A DNA stretch of 64,000 nt from the IMG/VR virus record IMGVR_UViG_3300021961_000042, positions 32,001-96,000 of that record, one strand, 5' to 3'. Source of the DNA: a virus. Position 1 is the first letter of the stretch, and each line of letters opens with the position of its first letter. The position numbers and the translations under genes were made by a program. Positions 60,193-64,000 of this stretch are shown one piece after another. The notes below the pieces were generated by a model, which had not been told where the DNA came from, ran no database searches, and worked only from the letters and a program-made list of their open reading frames with translations.

Positions 60193-61902
60193 ATGTCAGA
60201 TATGACAGTCCTTTTTAAAAAGGAATTCAAAGAGTATAATACATTTTTTTATAAAGATTTTAATAAAATTGATTACTCAAATAATCATGATGAGTTATTC
60301 AATTCAGAAATGTATTGGGTACCAAAAAATCCACCTAGAGGATGGGTTGGTAATTTTACCTCAATTAAAGGTGATAGTGGTGTTGCAAAAGATGAAGAAA
60401 CATATGTAAAAAATTATGGTAATCCTTTAACTGAAACACATTTAAAAAGAATATTATTTGTTATTGAAGAAAATGAAGACAAAATAAGTTTTAAAGTTTT
60501 CAGATATGTAAGTATGAGAGGTGTAGGTAAAAAATATTTTAAAGTTAGAAAACAAATTTATTTTCTAACATTTAACTATAAGAGAAAGTTATTTTATACC
60601 GGAGAATCTACATTCAAAAGGAAACAAAAATTAGGGTTCAGATGTAAAGTTAATGTTCCCGACATTGAGGTGACATCAATCATGAATGAACTGAATTATT
60701 ATTTTACAGTTCATGAAAGATATGATGTAATCCATATGTTTTTAAATAAAATAATTGAAAAAACTAATGCCAAAGTTTCAACAAATAATTTCAACACAAT
60801 ACAAGAAAAGTATTATGAAATTATTCTTCAAAATTCAAAAATAAAATACCCAAATGCTTTTTTGAAGTTTTCTAAAATGTTTGCACCAACTAAAGAAGTA
60901 AGAAAGTATGATGCCAATTTGGTTACTTGGTTTATGAAAAAAAATAATCTGAAAGGTGTAAAAATAAGACAACTTTTAAATAACTATAATTATTTGGACA
61001 TTGATGGTGTTGTTGAGTTATATAGATTTTTAGGACAAGACTTATTTAATAAAATTAAAGAGGAGGTTTTTTTTACAACAGAAATGTATTCAGTTTATAA
61101 TCCGGTATCGGATGGTGGTATATATTATGAAAATATGGAATCACTTATTACAAAAAAAGAAAAAGAAAATATACTTAACATTTTGAATGAAACAAAATCT
61201 AAAAATTTTTTAGGCACATTAAGGGACCATTTAAGATTTAAACATAAACTTTTGAATTATGGTGAGGAAGTTAAAATAGTTGCAAAGAATTTAGAAGAGT
61301 TCGGCCAAGAACACGTAGAATGGTCAACATTACTTGAATCATATAGTAATGGTCACGTCACTAGATTTTACGGAGAAGATACCGTTTTGGTTGAAGATCC
61401 AATCTACACTTCAGACGAAACCTATTTTCCAATACTTTTAAAAACAACAGAAGATTATCAGGGAGAATCTGCTCATCAACATAATTGTGTAAGAACATAT
61501 TCGGAAAAGGCCCATTGTTTTATTGTGTCACTTAGAAAAGGATGTAAAGATAGTAATGATAGAGCAACAATTGAATATCAATTCACGCAAAATGGAATAA
61601 GAAGAACACAAACTTTAGGTAAATATAACAAGATGTTGACAGACGAATGGATTGAGGCTGTTGATGATTTAGATAAAAGACTAGATTATCTTTTCAAAAA
61701 AGGTTTTATAAAATTACCGGTAATGACTAAAAAGTATAAAAATGGAAGGATTAATAGAATGTTTGCTAAATTTAAGGAGTATGACGAAACAAAATCTGTT
61801 TATGATATTTATCCGAGATGGGTTAATGAAATAAATGATGAAATTAATATAAGTTTTGATTTCAATTATGGTTATGACGAACTATTTATAGACTTACCAT
61901 GA
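60193..61902 (+). CDS. PcfJ-like domain protein
   Basis: C-terminal ESAHQHNCVRTY...IVSLR...RATIEY...QTLGKYN. Confidence 0.75.
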   Translation: MSDMTVLFKKEFKEYNTFFYKDFNKIDYSNNHDELFNSEMYWVPKNPPRGWVGNFTSIKGDSGVAKDEETYVKNYGNPLTETHLKRILFVIEENEDKISFKVFRYVSMRGVGKKYFKVRKQIYFLTFNYKRKLFYTGESTFKRKQKLGFRCKVNVPDIEVTSIMNELNYYFTVHERYDVIHMFLNKIIEKTNAKVSTNNFNTIQEKYYEIILQNSKIKYPNAFLKFSKMFAPTKEVRKYDANLVTWFMKKNNLKGVKIRQLLNNYNYLDIDGVVELYRFLGQDLFNKIKEEVFFTTEMYSVYNPVSDGGIYYENMESLITKKEKENILNILNETKSKNFLGTLRDHLRFKHKLLNYGEEVKIVAKNLEEFGQEHVEWSTLLESYSNGHVTRFYGEDTVLVEDPIYTSDETYFPILLKTTEDYQGESAHQHNCVRTYSEKAHCFIVSLRKGCKDSNDRATIEYQFTQNGIRRTQTLGKYNKMLTDEWIEAVDDLDKRLDYLFKKGFIKLPVMTKKYKNGRINRMFAKFKEYDETKSVYDIYPRWVNEINDEINISFDFNYGYDELFIDLP

Positions 61903-62252
61903 CAAATGAAATAGAAAAAAATATTGTACCAGATCATGTAGTTGATATTTTTAATAAAAAATATGAATTATATCCTTGTTTTACCCAAACAAGGAATGTA
62001 ACATTAGAAGCAATTGATGTATTGACAAAAAAAAATAAAATATTATGGTTTTACAAGATACATAATGATAATTTTTTAATAAGAGAAGCTTTAATAGATT
62101 ACAGTAGTCTTTACAAAATAATGATCTATGTTGAATCTAAAAAAAATGAAAAAGTCTATAAATTAGTTATACTTTCACCAAGCGAAGTGACAACTAACAT
62201 TGACTTACTAATAAAAGGATTAAATAAATTTTTTACAATTGATAAAATATGA
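61899..62252 (+). CDS. hypothetical protein
   Basis: ATGA coupling on both sides. Confidence 0.7.
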   Translation: MTNEIEKNIVPDHVVDIFNKKYELYPCFTQTRNVTLEAIDVLTKKNKILWFYKIHNDNFLIREALIDYSSLYKIMIYVESKKNEKVYKLVILSPSEVTTNIDLLIKGLNKFFTIDKI

Positions 62253-62533
62253 AAGTAAGTGTAGTTTTTACAATGAAAGGTTGCCCACATTGTACAACAA
62301 TAAAAGAAGAATTAAATAAACAAAATATACCTTTTATTGAAAGAGATATTGACGAATATCAAGAAGAATATGAAGAATTTTCAAAGGCAACACAAAATGA
62401 TTATGTACCTGCACTTATGTTACTTACTTTAGATGAAGAAGAAAATGCAACAAATATTAAATTACTTGCGCCCGATAGAGACTTCAATGACATATATGAG
62501 GGTATTGAACTTATAAAAGAATACCTTTTATAA
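62249..62533 (+). CDS. glutaredoxin / NrdH-like protein
   Basis: FTMKGCPHCT, YVPAL. Confidence 0.85.
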   Translation: MKVSVVFTMKGCPHCTTIKEELNKQNIPFIERDIDEYQEEYEEFSKATQNDYVPALMLLTLDEEENATNIKLLAPDRDFNDIYEGIELIKEYLL

Positions 62534-63397
62534 GAATATCAAATCTTTAGTGTTATGATAATTTTCCCAAATTTGGTTAGATCCATTTTTTAGATAATCA
62601 ATCGTATCTATTTTTGATAAATCAAATTCTTTTTGTAATCCTCCGATTGTAAAATCAAAATTATCTAAAATTAAACTTTCTAAAAAATCTTTTTTGGTAA
62701 TATCATTTTGAATTTTAAAATTAATTGACTCATTATCTATCTTATCTAATTCTAAATTATTAGAAATTGATAATTTTATGTTATTACAAAAACCCCTATT
62801 GAAAAGATTATAAATAATTTTATTTGCTAAAACATAATAGTATTTAACACCATTATTAGATAATCCATAAAATTTATCAGATTGATAAACCTCATATGAA
62901 AAATTACTCTTATAAAAAGAATAATTTTTTGTAAGATCACCAAAAATAGAGTCATCATATAACTTAATAGACTCAACATCATAATGAACCGATTGATTGG
63001 TTTGGTCAACTTTCATAAACACATCATAACCATCTTTATTAAGTTGATTAGAAATACTTTGAAATTTCTTTATACACCTAAATTCTTTTTTACCAAAGGA
63101 AAAATTAATGTGAAATGTTTCTGAATTTATGTTTTTAGAGTAAGTGATTAAATCAAAAACCTTTACACTTTGATCAGGTTTTCCACAATAATCTCTATAG
63201 AAATTTTTAAATACTTCAGATATTTCTATTATATTAGTTGATGATGTAAAACCTTTAACAATAAAAAAACTCCTGACGTTAATAACAGTAATTTCTGTTT
63301 TTGCGTCAGGAGATTTCTTATCAATTTCTTTTACAACTAATTCGGCTAAAATATTACATAAATTTTTCCCTACTGAGAAACTTGAAACTTCAATCAT
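62528..63397 (-). CDS. degenerate S-adenosylmethionine synthetase (MetK)-like protein
   Basis: By-eye similarity to the MetK N- and C-terminal domains; catalytic motifs absent (see findings). Confidence 0.55.
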   Translation of the reverse strand: [289 protein letters not shown]

Positions 63398-63463
63398 ACT
63401 TTTTTTTTATAAGTTTATTTTTAACAATCTTATAAAAAATAAAAATATGTCTAAATAGTTTTT

Positions 63464-63604
63464 TTATTTCTTATTGTAATACTTTTCTACTATGTGTTGT
63501 ACTGCAGACTTAACCGATTCGTTATTTTGTTGTGTTGTCTGTTGAGTCTGAACAGGTTGTTGTGCCTGTTGACCATTGTTTTTATTTTTGCAACCGCATC
63601 CCAT
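63464..63604 (-). CDS. 46-aa protein beginning MGCGCK (absent from ORF track)
   Basis: MGCGCKNKNNGQQAQQPVQTQQTTQQNNESVKSAVQHIVEKYYNKK; minus-strand TATTTAT within palindrome 63634-63647. Confidence 0.65.
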   Translation of the reverse strand: MGCGCKNKNNGQQAQQPVQTQQTTQQNNESVKSAVQHIVEKYYNKK

Positions 63605-63689
63605 GACTAATATTTTTATAGGTTTATTTTATATATAAATATTTATAATGTATGATTATTCATTTGTAAACATAAACTATTTATAAAAT

Positions 63690-64000
63690 ATGAGTTTAAA
63701 TTCCTTAATTAAAAAAATAATAAAAGAAGAAACCGAAGAGTGGGTTGACGTTAGTCCTGAAGAATATAAAGAACTTTTGGATTATGTTAATGGTGATGGT
63801 TCTATTATTAAAAGACTTCCTGATTATGCTGGTAAAAAAATTAGAATTACCGGTGAATTAGATCTTAGAGGAAAAGAAAAAGTCACAAATATAGATAGTA
63901 TTGATTTAGTACAAGGTGATTTAGACATCAGTTATACTAAAATTCCATTTTTTGATAAAAATAAAGTAAGAGGTAGGTTAGATTATTGGGGTTCTGAAAT
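63690..64000 (+). CDS. hypothetical protein with leader (runs out of the window)
   Basis: MSLNSLIKKIIKEETEEWVDVSPEEY...ITGELDLRG...VQGDLDISYTKI; TATTTAT at 63678. Confidence 0.7.
   Translation, partial: MSLNSLIKKIIKEETEEWVDVSPEEYKELLDYVNGDGSIIKRLPDYAGKKIRITGELDLRGKEKVTNIDSIDLVQGDLDISYTKIPFFDKNKVRGRLDYWGSE

Noticed and set aside
2444-63009. Short antisense or out-of-frame ORFs in the track (e.g. 2444-2650, 11285-11842, 29606-29908, 36447-36923, 43589-44092, 55168-55647)
   Set aside because: They lie within well-supported genes and look like shadows of biased codon usage.
1-64000. Stop-codon reassignment
   Set aside because: Long genes are intact in the standard code and TAA, TAG and TGA all terminate genes.
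1-64000. tRNA or rRNA genes
   Set aside because: Intergenic gaps are short and AT-rich, and no cloverleaf or T-loop motif was seen by eye; tRNAscan-SE would be needed to confirm.

Overview
AT-rich segment of a large tailed (myovirus-like, probably jumbo) bacteriophage genome, read in the standard genetic code and almost entirely on the + strand. A Bacteroidota host is inferred from TTTG-N20-TAnnTTTG promoters, little evidence of Shine-Dalgarno motifs, SprB repeats, an Hc1-like protein and a Bacteroidota-type sigma factor. Layout: replication and nucleotide genes (5'-3' exonuclease end, helicase, class II RNR; 1-4.4 kb); a baseplate/tail/fibre block of about 30 kb (5.6-35.8 kb) with two glycosyltransferases embedded among Pro-Thr-repeat proteins; then RuvC, primase, a PD-(D/E)XK nuclease, a methyltransferase-endonuclease cassette, SbcD/SbcC, a sigma factor, a candidate lysis region, DnaJ, a Dam-like methylase, LRR and PcfJ-like proteins, and glutaredoxin. 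Leading candidates for new biology: (1) a mucin-type O-glycosylation system (GT60-like plus a second GT) acting on (Pro-Thr)n linkers of virion appendages; (2) unrelated cargo proteins sharing a TATTTAT promoter and an N-terminal leader ending in hydrophobic-x-Glu (possible head-packaging signal); (3) a catalytically degenerate MetK look-alike; (4) a promoter-driven RNA of about 65 nt with two identical CAGAAU loops, converging on an RNase-fold gene. All family assignments come from motif recognition by eye; no searches were run.
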